From Octopus vulgaris (Eukaryota), in the NCBI GenBank assembly GCA_951406725.2, contig OX597815.1:47616001-47680000 (forward strand): a stretch of DNA of 64,000 nt. The letters are read 5' to 3'. The notes below the pieces were generated by a model. It worked only from the letters and a program-made list of their open reading frames with translations, was not told the DNA's origin and did no database searches. Positions 27,420-40,920 of the stretch are shown here, one piece after another. Positions within the stretch are counted from its first letter, which is position 1; each line of letters starts with the position of its first letter. Both the position numbers and the translations under genes were made by a program.

Positions 27420-27545
27420 ATGACGTGCAGACGTCGCTTACAAAGCAGCGGGACTGAATAGTCATCTGAGAGGTCATGGATGGAAATTCAGAAATGCCAT
27501 TGACAATGAGAGAGCACAAAGAGACGGCAATCGGAGCAATCACCA
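27420..27545 (+). mobile_element. possible LINE C-terminal zinc-finger remnant
   Basis: frame reading KAAGLNSHLRGHG resembles the second half of a C2H2 finger found at RTE-type ORF ends; Cys pair not intact. Confidence 0.3.
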
Positions 27546-27626
27546 TGCATTTATATATGCGTTTATATGTATATGTGCGTGTGTGTATACATGTATGATG
27601 TGTGCATGCGCGTATGTACACGTTTT

Positions 27627-27658
<32 letters not shown>

Positions 27659-27754
27659 TGTATGTATGTATGTATGTATGTATGTATGTTTGTATGTATA
27701 TATGTATGCACGTATGTATGTATGCACGTATGTATGTATGTGTGTATGTATGTC

Positions 27755-28185
27755 ATTATTTAGTTTTATTTCAAGATTTCATGCCAATAGAGAAAGAACT
27801 GGTTTCTAACTTAGATCCAAACTCCTTCATCGGAATTCCAACAACACCAACAGTATTTTTGTTTGTATGTATGTATGTGTGTATGTATGTATGTATGTAT
27901 GTATGTATGTATGTATGTATGTATGTATGTATGTATGTATGTATGTATGTATTCTCATGCATATAGTTGCATGTTTAGACATACTAAACTTCTGGAAAAT
28001 TTTACAGATTTTTGCAGTTCCGGTGATGACCCGGATCTGTAGTCTTCGAATCAGCTTTCTCCTTTCTGGTTTTGAGAAGCTTAATTTCTCCAAGATTGGT
28101 ATTTAGGCACTGTGTTTCATATCTCAGTGCCCCAATAATTACAGGTATAAACCTGAACTTGTAATATGGATACAGTAACTGTAGA
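27755..28185 (-). mobile_element. 3' end of RLE-type (R4/Dong-like) non-LTR retrotransposon
   Basis: LQLLYPYYKFRFIPVIIGALRY..CLNTNL / EKLSFSKPERRKLIRRLQIRVITGTAKICKIFQKF (frameshifted); 3' UTR ends GAAATAAAACTAAATAATGAC-(ATAC)n. Confidence 0.65.
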
Positions 28186-28444
28186 TAAATATGTTATACA
28201 TGCATAAAAGGGTGTAGGGGTACAACTTTGTGCATATATCGAGATGCGTGTGAGCCTGAAATCCGCCCCTAATCAGATATTAAACGTATATCGCTTAGCA
28301 AAGAATATAAACTGTACATATGTTTATGTGACTATACACACACAAGCACACGCGGGAGAGTAATCACCCCCACACCCCCACACAGACGCGCACACACGCA
28401 CACACGCACACACACACTCGCGTGCGCATAGCGATGTTGATTGT

Positions 28445-28625
<181 letters not shown>

Positions 28626-29193
28626 TGATTGATAAATTGATAGATTTATACGTACGTAGAAACGAACGATATATAGAAAAAGGTATTAGAAATCTCTCAA
28701 CAAAATCAATAGCGAGTGGAAATAATATAAAAAGCAATAAAAAATTAAACAATATATAATAAAAATTTATAAGGATTAAACCACAAAACCAACTACAAGA
28801 TAGTAACATCAAAAGATGAAAAATAGTGTAAAAGTAATAGAAAATACATTGAGATTGTACGGTGGTAGCTTTTACATCAACGGACTATAGTTGTAGTCTT
28901 ATGAGGGATGCTCTCCTCCTTATATATGTATGTATGTATGTATGTAGGTAGGTAGGTAGGTAGGTAGGTAGGTAGGTAGGTATGGCCGTATGTATTTATG
29001 CATGAATATGTGTATTATGTATGTATGTATGTGTGTGTGTGTATGAAAGGCTGTATGCACGCATGCTTATATTTATATGTGCGTATACATCCATCAATCC
29101 TAAAAGGGAATGTTAATATAAATAGCTGCCAAACAGATAAATTGTAGTGCTGTGTGCGTATATGTATGCATGTATGTGTGTGTGTATATATGC

Positions 29194-29229
<36 letters not shown>

Positions 29230-29357
29230 GCATATATATATATATACACGCATATATGTATATATATACATATATATACATATATATATGCATACATATA
29301 TGTATGTATGTACTTATATATATATATATATTTATATATATATACATACATCCATTC

Positions 29358-29389
<32 letters not shown>

Positions 29390-29485
29390 GAATGGATGTA
29401 TGTATATATATATATATAAGTACATACATACATATATGTATGCATATATATATGTATATATATGTATATATATATATATATATGC

Positions 29486-29523
<38 letters not shown>

Positions 29524-29726
29524 ACACATTCAAATATATACTTGCATACATATATGCACGCAGGCACGGATGTATACATATATAGGGGAAAAGGTGAAAG
29601 TTTGCTTTTACCAACTATGGTGGCCTATAAATATTTAAACATTTCTAGGTGGAACTTCGTTTCACAGTTTATCAGTTCCTTCCATCATTGATTAGTTGAC
29701 GTCGTTAAAGTTGCTATAGTCATTGC

Positions 29727-29980
<254 letters not shown>

Positions 29981-30837
29981 ATTTTCATCATTATGTTATT
30001 ATTTGTCTTGTTGCTGTGTTTATTGCTATTGTTCTTGTTTTTGTCCCCTTTTCTTATATATTTAAATTTCCTCATTTTACAATTCGTGTTTATTTATGTC
30101 TTTTATCTTTTTGGCCAGATTTTTTTTTTACTTTTATCTATAATTTAATGTTTATATTCTTTATTTCGCACAACTTTTAGCTTCCATTTTGATGCTTTTT
30201 CTTGTGTTTAGCTTCTCTTATCTTTCTATTTCTTCTTCATTTTCTTTTCGCATTAATCAAGTTATTGACTGGATAAGACTGTAAATCGAAGGAGTTAAGG
30301 TTTTATAATTTAAAGGAGAAAGTAGAAACAATGAAGAAAAGAAAATTTCTTGCTTTTCGTGAAATTGAATATATAGTTCTTCCACAGCCTGTAGACGAGT
30401 GGGACTCGGGGAGTGGAGTGTTTCTCTGGAGAACAGCCAAATCCCCTTGTCTGTGAGGGCACGAATGATGTATACACACACACACACATAGATAGATATA
30501 CACATATATATATATATATATTACCTATATATGTACCTATATATTTATGCATGTATGTGTAGCTAACATACATACACACATACAGACACTCACACTCATA
30601 CGCACAAACACACACATATATTCGTCTTTATATGCATATATTATATATAAGCGGAAGAATGTACGTGTGCACGTATATCTGTTTATATAAGTGAATTAAT
30701 AACTATATGAGAGGACTGATGAATGGATGGATGAAAGAACAGGCTTATAGGATTCGCGAGAGAGTTAAATTGATTCCGTGTCAGGGTTAGTGCAGACATA
30801 CATACGTATATCTGTGTGTGTATGTGTATGCATATAT

Positions 30838-30917
<80 letters not shown>

Positions 30918-31872
30918 TTATTTATTTATTTATGGTCTCTATCTCACACATACACACACATACACACAATATCACGTTATTATATATCTTCTTAGCGCCC
31001 ATCGTTGCCAACTATGACTCTTACCATGCTGCCACTCGAGAGTGAGCGCAGATGTGCGTATGCAAACCGATTCAGCATCTATAAATACTTACATGTGGTG
31101 CGGCACACATACAATGTGCTCTGGACAATTAAAGGATGTTGCTGGTTTTTGGCACTGCGAACCAGCTTTAGTTTGTTTCTTTTGGTTGGTATGTTTATAT
31201 GAGTTTCTGATATATATATATACATATATATATATATACACACACACATGTGCACGTTCGCACGTATTCAAAAACATGTGCATATGTATATATATATAAT
31301 CATTGCTAGATTCTAGATGTATGTATGCGCACGTATACTTAATATATGCATACATATATACTTATATACATGTAATGGTGCTAACACGTTCTTGTAAAGA
31401 TATTATGTTAGCTATCACATGTACTTTGACACACACACACACACACATCTATGCGTGTGTGTGTATACATATCCATGATCTAACTTATAGATTTATTTGG
31501 GAGTAAAGGACTAAAGTGCGAAACACATCGAACTGGAAACGTAAATGAGAGAACAAGAGCTGAGGAAAAAATAATGTAAAGGATTCTTCGTTTATATTTC
31601 TCTTTAAGTCCTGAATGAGAAGAACCTTAAGTTGTACTATTCGTTGTTTCTTTATGTGGGGCCATATTCCTTAATTAAACATTTCTTTTTGAAGGCAATA
31701 CAATGATTCGATAGACACTTGGTGGCTATTTCTAGTAGTTCAATCGACCGCTTAATGGCTCGGCTACTCGTTATTTAACCCTAAATTGGCCCTGGTCGAA
31801 CAAACATATGACAAAGAGTTTTCCATCCCTAATAGTTCCTTCCCTTTCATAAGTGCAGTATACGATGCACAA

Positions 31873-32007
31873 TGTTTAGCATATTAGGTGTCCACTTTAG
31901 TGGTCATTCCTATTCATTTTGTATGTAGCACAATTTTAATCTTCTGAGTTTTTAAATATGCTGGTTTTAATTGATTAATATTAATTTCTACCCTTATTAT
32001 TTAATTT

Positions 32008-32012
<5 letters not shown>
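31873..32012 (-). mobile_element. fragment of the 44286-44795 element family, permuted order
   Basis: reverse complement has AGGGTAGAAATT.AT.TTAATCAATTAAAACCAG then GGAATGACCACTAAAGTGGACACC. Confidence 0.75.
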
Positions 32013-32045
<33 letters not shown>

Positions 32046-32100
32046 TATTTTACTTACTTATTTTTCCAGTTTCAGCTTATGAGCTGTGGCCATGCTGGGG

Positions 32101-32153
<53 letters not shown>

Positions 32154-32180
32154 GTATATATGTATGTATGTATATATGTA

Positions 32181-32573
32181 CTAGGAGTATCGCCCGGCGT
32201 TGCTCGGGTTTGTAAGGGAAATAACTATATAAGCATTTTTAGAGACGTAAAGTATAATAGCCATCTCAATATGGCTAACCACAAAGGGAGGGGTGTTACT
32301 GTAGCTTTTTACGTTCTGAGATTTAATAATAAATTTTTAGATAGTTACTTCCCTTATATATGCCAAAAATGCATTAAAATGGGAAAAATTGATGGTAATT
32401 TATTTTTTAAATCGTAGACTCATCGTAGATGCGCGCTAATACGCAGAAGGGCTCGATATGAATCACGACTATAAGATATCCGGTTTTGGTTAAACTGCAC
32501 CGCAAAATGTAGGAGTAGTTAGGAATCTAAATCGTAGGAGACAGACAGCACACAACCTTACTTTTATATATGA
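32181..32573 (-). mobile_element. non-autonomous Helitron
   Basis: minus-strand 3' end CCCGAGCAACGCCGGG hairpin + 8 nt + CTAG|T; 5' end TCATATATAAAAG; inserted in a TA/TG tract. Confidence 0.8.
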
Positions 32574-32774
32574 AGGTATAAGTATATATATAGAATTTAT
32601 ATGTATATATAAGTAAATATGTATATATATGTATGTATATATGTGCATATATATGCGTAAATATATATGTATGTATATATATGTATATACAGGGGTGTGT
32701 GTAGAGATGTATATATATATATATATAGATTTGTATATATGTATGCATATCTGTATATATATATATTTATGTAG

Positions 32775-32816
<42 letters not shown>

Positions 32817-33055
32817 GCATTTATATGTGTGTATGCATGTATATCTAGATAAGTGTGTGTACAAATATATGTATGCATATGTATAAGTATACCTATATAT
32901 ATATATATATATATATATAGGTATACTTATAGATTTATATATATACATGTATATGTATATAGATGTATGTATATATATTTGTATATATAACTATATGTAT
33001 ATATATATATGCATATATATGTATATATATATGTATGTATATATATATATATATA

Positions 33056-33361
33056 TCACGTGATCACGTGACCGACCAGTCCATCAGATGTAGTTACACA
33101 TCGCTGGTCACAATGCGTTCGCATTGTTTTAGCCTTCGAATGACGCCAACCCGCTGGCTAATCGAGCAGGCCAACAGACGAAAGAGTGAGAGAAAGAGTG
33201 GTGAAAGAGTACAGCAGGGATCACCACCCCCTGCCGGAGCGTCGTGGAGCTTTTACATGTTTTCGCTCAATAAACACACACAACGCCCGGTCTGGGAATC
33301 GAAACCGCGATCCTACGACCGCGAGTCCGCTGCCCTAACAACTGGGCCATTGCGCCTCCAC
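33056..33361 (-). mobile_element. SINE family C (tRNA-derived, OR-like), tail type 3
   Basis: reverse complement of GTGGAGGCGCAATGGCCCAGT.GTTAGGGCAGCGGACTCGCGG...TTTCGATTCCCAGACCGGGCG. Confidence 0.9.
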
Positions 33362-33364
33362 GTG

Positions 33365-33410
<46 letters not shown>

Positions 33411-33451
33411 TATATAGATTTACATATATACATATACAAATATATATACAA

Positions 33452-33503
<52 letters not shown>

Positions 33504-33566
33504 ATATGTATATATGTAAATCTATATATGTATATATATGCAAATATGAATATGCATATAAATATA

Positions 33567-35169
33567 CTAGCAGTATCGCCCGGCGTTGCTCGGGTTTGTT
33601 TCGACCCGCTGGAATTGTAATTTTGAAAAGTAAAAATTTTGTGAACATTTTTCTGGTCGAAATATACCGAAAAGTGGCGACACAGCAGTGAAAAAATCGT
33701 AAAAAATAGGGATTTTCATAGAAAAAAGCAGCTTTTTGATGTAAATAATTTTTGGTGTTAACATGGTCCGATATGAATTTTATGTTCTACGGAAGGAAGA
33801 GCAACCCTTCTTCTATCATACTCTCAATTTTGGTCAACTTGCGCCGCAGGGTCTCGGAGGAGATAGTGTTAGTTGAAGGTTACCAAACGTGGCGCACACA
33901 GACAACTTCAGCTTTATATAGAGATAACGCACACACATTAATACGCATACATAGACACACACACACATGTATGTATGGATGTATATATGTACATCTGTCC
34001 ACTTCTTGCAATATTTTTATCCTTCACTTCCTACACACACACACACACAGACACACAGTGCACGCACACACACACCTTCTTAGCTTACAATTTCTTTCTG
34101 TCAACAATTGACAACAGAAGTACGCTCGCCAATTAATACTACCAAAATTTAACGACAGAAAGTAAATTAAAAACCAATTTACCTTTTCTGTATTGTTATG
34201 GCAATCCGACCGTCGGTGTGTTTTTGCAAATGTGTTCGAATGAGAAGTGAGTTGTGTTTGGCGCCTTTTTTACTAATAACAAACACACACGTGTGTGTGT
34301 GTTTGAGTGTTTGTATGTAGTTGTTTGAAATGTTTGTGTTTGTCACTGTCATATATGTATGTGTATGCGTGTGTGTGAGGAATGGCAAACCAGATAGATA
34401 GCGTGCGAAGTTGTTTTGAAGTTCGCGCTCCGCTTGTGTGTGTGTGTGTGCGTGCTTTAGGTACACAGCACAACATTACTCTCTCTGTCTCTTTACACAC
34501 ACTAACAAAAGCACTTCACTTACACACCACACTTTCTGTGTCGCACACCCCATCAAACACACACACACACACACACTCACGCACGCACACATGTACATCA
34601 ATGCTTTCGGAGTGAAATGTTAAAATATTGAGTTTTCTCGAATTTTGTCTTAATTGGGGGTGAAATTGAAAGAAATTTTGTATGGCATGACCGAATGGAA
34701 GTACTTGTAAAAATCATAGGTAAACTGTAATTGAAGAAATTGTGTGAGGAGTAAATCGTTATGTATTTATTTGTTTCTGTTTGCTGTTTTTTTTTTTGAG
34801 TAGAGGTTTAAGGTACACTTCTCTCGTTTTATAGAAATAGTTTCACTTTAATCGTTGCACACTTGCAAAGAGAAAGGAGTAGAAATTAGGGTGATAGCGT
34901 GAGTGAAGCAGATCGCTCCGTTTGTGTGTGTGTGTGTGTGCGTGTGCTGTAGCCCACACTAAGAAAAGCACTTGACTTACACACCACAATGTGAGTTTTC
35001 TCTAAATTTTGCTTAATTGGGGTTAGAATTTTAAAAACTGGACCTGGCACGACCTGAAGCATTCTACTCTTAAAAATGCTAGGTAAATTGTAATTGAAGA
35101 AATCCTATATTGTAGATTTCTATAAGAGACAAAGGGAGGCAGATAAAATCTGCCTTTTATAATAAGAGA
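33567..35169 (-). mobile_element. Helitron composite: one CTAG/hairpin 3' end, two TC-starting 5' ends (33924, 35169)
   Basis: A|CTAG+CCCGGCGTTGCTCGGG at 33567; CTTTATATAGAGA|T at 33924; CTTTTATATAATAAGAGA|T at 35169; internal duplication 34397-34740/34893-35103. Confidence 0.75.
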
Positions 35170-35188
35170 TATATGTATGTATGTATTA

Positions 35189-35250
<62 letters not shown>

Positions 35251-35252
<2 letters not shown>

Positions 35253-35333
35253 GGAGTAAGCATATAAATGTGAAACAAGGTGGAAAAAAGAGTACTCAAA
35301 TACCAGAGATAGAGTTATATGCTTTTAAATAAA

Positions 35334-35334
<1 letters not shown>
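35251..35334 (-). mobile_element. short pLTR-end fragment inside (TA)n
   Basis: AGTAAGCA.ATAAATGTGAAACAAGGTGG shared with 25140-25170 and the reverse complement of 61300-61338. Confidence 0.7.
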
Positions 35335-35375
<41 letters not shown>

Positions 35376-35722
35376 CCCGTGTGTATCTCTCTGTGTGTAT
35401 CTTTGTCTCTGTGTTTATCGTTCAAGGCCTTGCCCCAGCGTGATTGCAGCTTAATAACTGAAACAAGTAAAAGATAAAAGATGCAAGTATGTATCAGTAC
35501 ATATATCTGTAATTATTGATTATACACAAGTGACTCTCAAACCGTAAATACTCTGTGTGTCATAAATTGCTGTCCTTACTTGTGTGAATATGCCACTTAC
35601 ATGCTTATGTGCACGCTTACACGTGTGCATTCATGTAGTGTGATCGTATTTTAATGTGCTTATACGCGGTACATTTCAGAGATTTTGAGAATTTTCTGGG
35701 AGAGATAGTTATAACTATCCTG

Positions 35723-35920
35723 TTCTTTTATTCCTTTAGCTTTTTCAGTCATTTGATTGAGGCCATGCCGGAGCACCACTTTAAAAGGGTTTTATTCGAA
35801 GAAATCGCCCCAGGTCTTATTCTTTGAAAGCCTAGTTCTATCGGTCACTTTTGCCAGATTGCTGATGTTACGGGGACTTAAACACACCAGTATATGTTGT
35901 CAAGCGACAGCCGAGGGACA
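35723..35920 (-). mobile_element. SINE family B 3' half
   Basis: TTTCAGTCATTTGATTGAGGCCATGCCGGAGCACC...TTACGGGGAC. Confidence 0.75.
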
Positions 35921-36039
35921 AGCACACGCGCACACACGCACATGAATATATACATATACACACCCTTCTAATCATTAAAATTTATTTAAATCTGAAATTA
36001 TACATTCAAATTATCTATTAATTGTTATAATATGAATAC

Positions 36040-36345
36040 TTAATATTTAGTAGACATGCCCTTTGCATTTCTCAATGCATGGATCCTATTAGGCATGTTA
36101 CTGATCAGATGACGAATATTCTGTTGCGGAATTTCTTGCTACATTTCAGGTAGTAATCTCAAAAGATCCGGCTTTGAAGATGCTCTCTTTTTCTTTTTAT
36201 GAAATATCCTGTCCATTATATCCCAGAGGTGTTCGATAGGGTTCATATCTGGTGACTGGCTTGACCATGAAAGTTTTTTAATGCCATTCTCGTCCAACGA
36301 ATCATGGGTCATTTTTGCCGTGTGACAAAGAGCTGCATCTCTCAT
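36040..36345 (-). pseudogene. Tc1-family transposase C-terminal remnant
   Basis: DAALCHTAK...LSWSSQSPDMNPIEHLWDIMDR...*QEIPQQNIRHLISNMPNRIHALRNAKGMSTKY*. Confidence 0.9.
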
Positions 36346-36426
36346 AAATACATACATACTAACATACATACAAACATACATACATACATACACAGATATG
36401 TTCGTATATTTACATTTATAAACACA

Positions 36427-36830
36427 TATTAGTTTGAGTTAAATGTTTTTGCGATTTCAAGCTTTAATTAATAGTTCAAACAAATTACATACGAAAAGTC
36501 TTTATCCATTACTATATATCTTATTATATTTTATTGTCAGTTGCCATCGTTGCACCAGCTGCTCAATTTCCTGCTTATACCATTTGGTTAGTTTAAAAGC
36601 AAAAACCTCCGTGCTCCCATTTTCAACTTCATCCATATTGTTGAACTTCCGTCCGTACAGCACAGGAGTGATTTCTCGAAAAAGGTTGTAATTTGATGGT
36701 GCAAGGTCTGGGCTGTAGGTAAGATGGAGCTGTGCTTCCAGTCCCTCAAGTTCCTCAAATTTGTACTTGGTCATATTTGCACTGTGTGCTGGGGGCATTG
36801 TCATGCTATAAGAATGTGCGTCGTCGATTG
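36427..36830 (-). pseudogene. mariner transposase C-terminal remnant plus terminal sequence
   Basis: HLTYSPDLAPSNYNLFRE...GRKFNNMDEVE...WYKQEIEQLVQRWQ. Confidence 0.9.
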
Positions 36831-36856
36831 AGATGGGTAGTATACATTTGCAGACG

Positions 36857-36896
<40 letters not shown>

Positions 36897-37185
36897 CACA
36901 CATACTCACTCACGCAAGCACAGACAAGCGTACCCACACTCGTACACAGCATAAAATGAACGATAGAATCTTTTTGTTGGTTAATATTTTGTAATATAAT
37001 GTCTTTGACTCTTTGATATTAATTAAAATATTTGGGTGTTGTTTACAGTATTAGTTGCAAACATTGTAATTAACTTGACCCTGTCAGATAGAGGTTGTCT
37101 GTGGTGGCTTTAGCATCAACTACAACGACAGCAACAATAATGATAATAACACGAACAATAGTATTAATAATGTAATAATGCAATG

Positions 37186-37770
37186 AAGGTGACGAGCTTG
37201 CAGAATCGTTAGCTCGTCGGGCGAAATGCTTAGCGGTATATCGTCTGCCGTTACGTTCAGAGTTCAAATTCCGCCGAGGTCGCCTTTGCCTTTCATCCTT
37301 TTCGGGGTCGATAAAATAAGTACCAGTTACGCACTAGGGTCTATGTAATCGACTTAATCCGTTTGTCTGTCCTTGTTTGTCCTCTCTATGTTTAGCCCCT
37401 TGTGGGTAGTAAAGAAATAGATATTTCGTCTGCCGCTACGTCCTGAATTCAAATTCCGCCGAGGTCGCCTTTGCCTTTCATCATTTCGGGGTCGATAAAA
37501 TAAGTACCAGTTACGCACTAGGGTCTATGTAATCGACTTAATCCGTTTGTCTGTCCTTGTTTGTCCCTTCTATTTTTGGCCCCTTGTGGGCAATAAAGAA
37601 ATAAGAAAAGTTAGCACGCCAGGCGAAATGCTCAGCGGTAATTCGTCAGTCTTACGCTGAGATCGACTTTCGGGGTCGATAAATTAAGCACCAGCTGCGT
37701 ACTGGAGTAGATCTAATCGACTGGCCCCCTCCCCAAAAATGTCGTGCCTTGTACCTAGAGCAGAAAAGAA
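37186..37770 (+). mobile_element. multimeric SINE family A (repeated core+tail units)
   Basis: core ATTCCGCCGAGGTCGCCTTTGCCTTTCATC...AAAGAAATA repeated at ~183-bp period. Confidence 0.9.
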
Positions 37771-37783
37771 TATTAAAGCGGCT

Positions 37784-37997
37784 AAAGGCGGCACTCTGGG
37801 ATTATCATTAGCATGCCGGCAAAATGCTTTGCAACATTTCGTTCGACTTTGTGTTGTAAATTTATATTCCGCCGAGGTCGACTTTGCTTTTCATGCTTTC
37901 GGCTTTGATGAAATAAAAACTATTCAAGTACTGGGGATCGATATGATCGACGAGCTCCCTCCCCTAAACTTTCAGGCCTTGTGGCTATAGTAGAAGG
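37784..37997 (+). mobile_element. degenerate SINE family A
   Basis: TTCCGCCGAGGTCGACTTTGCTTTTCATG. Confidence 0.8.
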
Positions 37998-38238
37998 GGT
38001 TATTATTATTATTATTATTATTATTATGTTATTATTGTTGCTTCTTCTTCTTTTTTCTTGTTCTTCTTCTTCTTCTTCTCCTCCTCCTTCTTTTTCTTCT
38101 TCTTCTTCTTCTTTTTCTTCTTCTTCTTCTTCTTCTTCTTCTTCTTCTTCTTTTTCTTCTTCTTCTTCCAACCTGGACTCATGCCATTAGCCACAAAGAA
38201 TAATCTCTAATTCGAGCCTACTCTAAACTACTAAGAAT

Positions 38239-38612
38239 GCGTGTGGCAACTTGAAGATCCACTCACCACACGCGATAGACCAGCGGTTGCGCGGGCGCAA
38301 AAGCTACGTTGTTACGTTGTTATCCTCATTCAGTAAACGGTGGCTTTTAACGGGCGGAGAGCTAACCATCCTGGGGTACAGGGGATTCGCAATCTAGACT
38401 AGGGTCTGAAAGTTTACCACACCATGCTTTGTGGCAGAAGTAGGAAGAAAGAGTGAGAGAAAGTTGTGGTGAAAAATTACAGCGGGGTTCACCTCCCCCA
38501 CTGCCGGAGCCTCGTGGTGCTTAGATGTTTTTGCTCAATAAACACAATGCCTGATCTGGGAATCGAAACCGCAAGTCCGCTGCCCTAGCCACAGGGCCAT
38601 TGCGCCTCCACG
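38239..38612 (-). mobile_element. SINE family C with a distinct GC-rich tail (candidate tail type 4)
   Basis: head/body 38440-38612 matches family C; 38239-38440 is unlike the other tails. Confidence 0.7.
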
Positions 38613-39207
38613 CTGCTGTTGCTGTCGTTGTTCTTTAAAAATATCCCCGAAGATAACTTCTGTCTAACGGGGTCATGTTAATTACAATGTGCGTAACTAA
38701 TACTGTAAACAACACCCGAACATTTCTAATTACTATCAAGAGTCAATGGTATAATATTACAACTAAATAAATAGCAAATACACTTGGTTGACCTTCACAT
38801 TCAGGACAGGTCAAAAGATAGAGGCCAGATTAATTTAGACCACCCCTCTCCTAGAGGTCGAAATGAGTTTTCCACAGGGACAACACCTATATCTAGAGGG
38901 GCTTCCCTTTGGAAAATTTATGACACGGTGCGATAAAATTTCACCGGAAGCAGGAATCCAGCTGAAGAGAAGCGAAAAAAAAAAAACAGAATCCAATCAA
39001 GAAGACTGGAAAAATAGTCGGTGGCCTATGCTTCAAAGGGAGGTAAGCGATAAAGTAGAAAATATTTTTGGAAATAATAACGAAGTTAAAACTAGCGGTG
39101 CTCCAGCATGGCCACAACGAGTCCCTTCTTACACAGAACGTGACCAATTGAATTGTGTGAAAAACCATAATAAAATTTCAATGAAAATCTTCTGTATGAA
39201 TAGTATA

Positions 39208-39242
<35 letters not shown>

Positions 39243-39272
39243 ATGTATGTATGTATGTACGTACAGTATATA

Positions 39273-39445
39273 CAGTAATCCCTCACCATATCGCGGTTCA
39301 CCTATCGTGCCATCAGAACATCGCGGATTTTTCTGGCTTAATATATGTAAATTTATATCACAGACTTCTCAGTATATCGCGGATTTCTGCGGCCGATAGG
39401 TATTCATATTTTTTTAGATTTTAATTATTTCTGTGGTAAAATAAT
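39273..39445 (+). mobile_element. Tigger/pogo-like MITE, 5' part
   Basis: TA|CAGTAATCCCTCACCATATCGCGGTTCACCTATCG, same as 43768. Confidence 0.8.
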
Positions 39446-39841
39446 CTAAAACGTATAAAAGAATAAAAAATTTCTCTACATACACATAACCATTCAATTC
39501 ACACCCTCTTCGATTATGAATTATGCGGAAATCATAATTTCAACGATGCCTAAAATATTTGGCACATAAGTACACAGTCACAACAAGATAACACGTAATT
39601 AACCGGGCATTATTTTCTATAGTACAAATGACAATAGTGTATTAATTAAAGACATTGCAATACTAAATGTCTATAATATTGTCTGGTAACGAACTGAAAA
39701 GCAAAGGAATTACAATGTTTCATTTTCTAAGATGGTAGGGTGCTACTTGAATTGTTATTTTGTCTATTATTTTTTGCAAGTTCAGTAAACATGTTGCAGG
39801 CTTCTCGCACGTGTGTGCATTATGTGTCTTGATGTGCATTC

Positions 39842-39885
<44 letters not shown>

Positions 39886-40465
39886 GAGAGTATGCATGCA
39901 TGAATACACACGTTATATGTATGTATATATGTGGATATATATATATATACAAATTCAAATAGTTATATATATGTACATACATATGATGTATGTATATATG
40001 TACATATATATGATGTATGTATATATGTATATATATGCGTGTGTGTGTATGTATGTTTGTGGATATATATATATATATACATACATACACACAACACACA
40101 CAAGCATACAGAGAGGGCGAATGAGAGAGAGAGAGGGAGGGAGGGAGGGGGATGGTGTGTGTGCGCCGGTGTGTACACGGTATGTATATGTACGAGTATT
40201 CTTATTGTAAGATACTATCTTTGTTGTATCTCAGTTCTATTGCAAAATAGCATTATGGTAGAATATGTGGAAAATGAGAATACATGGAATGAGGAAATGC
40301 AATAAATGGAATAATGATAGATACACAGACAGAATGACACACAGACAGACTGAGGAAGACAAAAAGAAAAAGAGATAGATCGCTGGATAAATTGACCGAT
40401 TAGTAGAGTCTGAGATACGTAGATGCAAATATATACATATGTATATAATGTATATAATGTATATA

Positions 40466-40519
<54 letters not shown>

Positions 40520-40665
40520 TATATATATATATGTATGTATATATATATATGTATGTGTTTGTGTGTGTGTGTGTGTGCAAATATATGTTTATATATATAT
40601 ATAAACACATATTTGCACACACACACACACAAACACATACATATATATATATCATATATATATAT

Positions 40666-40697
<32 letters not shown>

Positions 40698-40840
40698 TAT
40701 ATATACATACATATATGTATTATGTATACATATGTGTGTACATAACAAGTAAAGTCAATCTCTGAGATTTTACAACTAGCTATTTTGCATATACATACAT
40801 ACATACATACATACATACATACATACACACATATACACAC

Positions 40841-40920
<80 letters not shown>

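Noticed and set aside
27795-27836. Minus-strand CCGATGA...GAAACCAGTT in the RLE element UTR
   Set aside because: No stem II complementarity or helix I; likely chance.
31141-31166. Hairpin containing TTTGGCACT (miR-96-like seed); also TGGCAGTG at ~25630
   Set aside because: Seed-only matches; hairpins too short and seed located in the loop, not pre-miRNA-like.
37186-37770. CRISPR-like repeat/spacer periodicity
   Set aside because: Whole ~183-bp SINE units repeat with no unique spacers; eukaryotic context.
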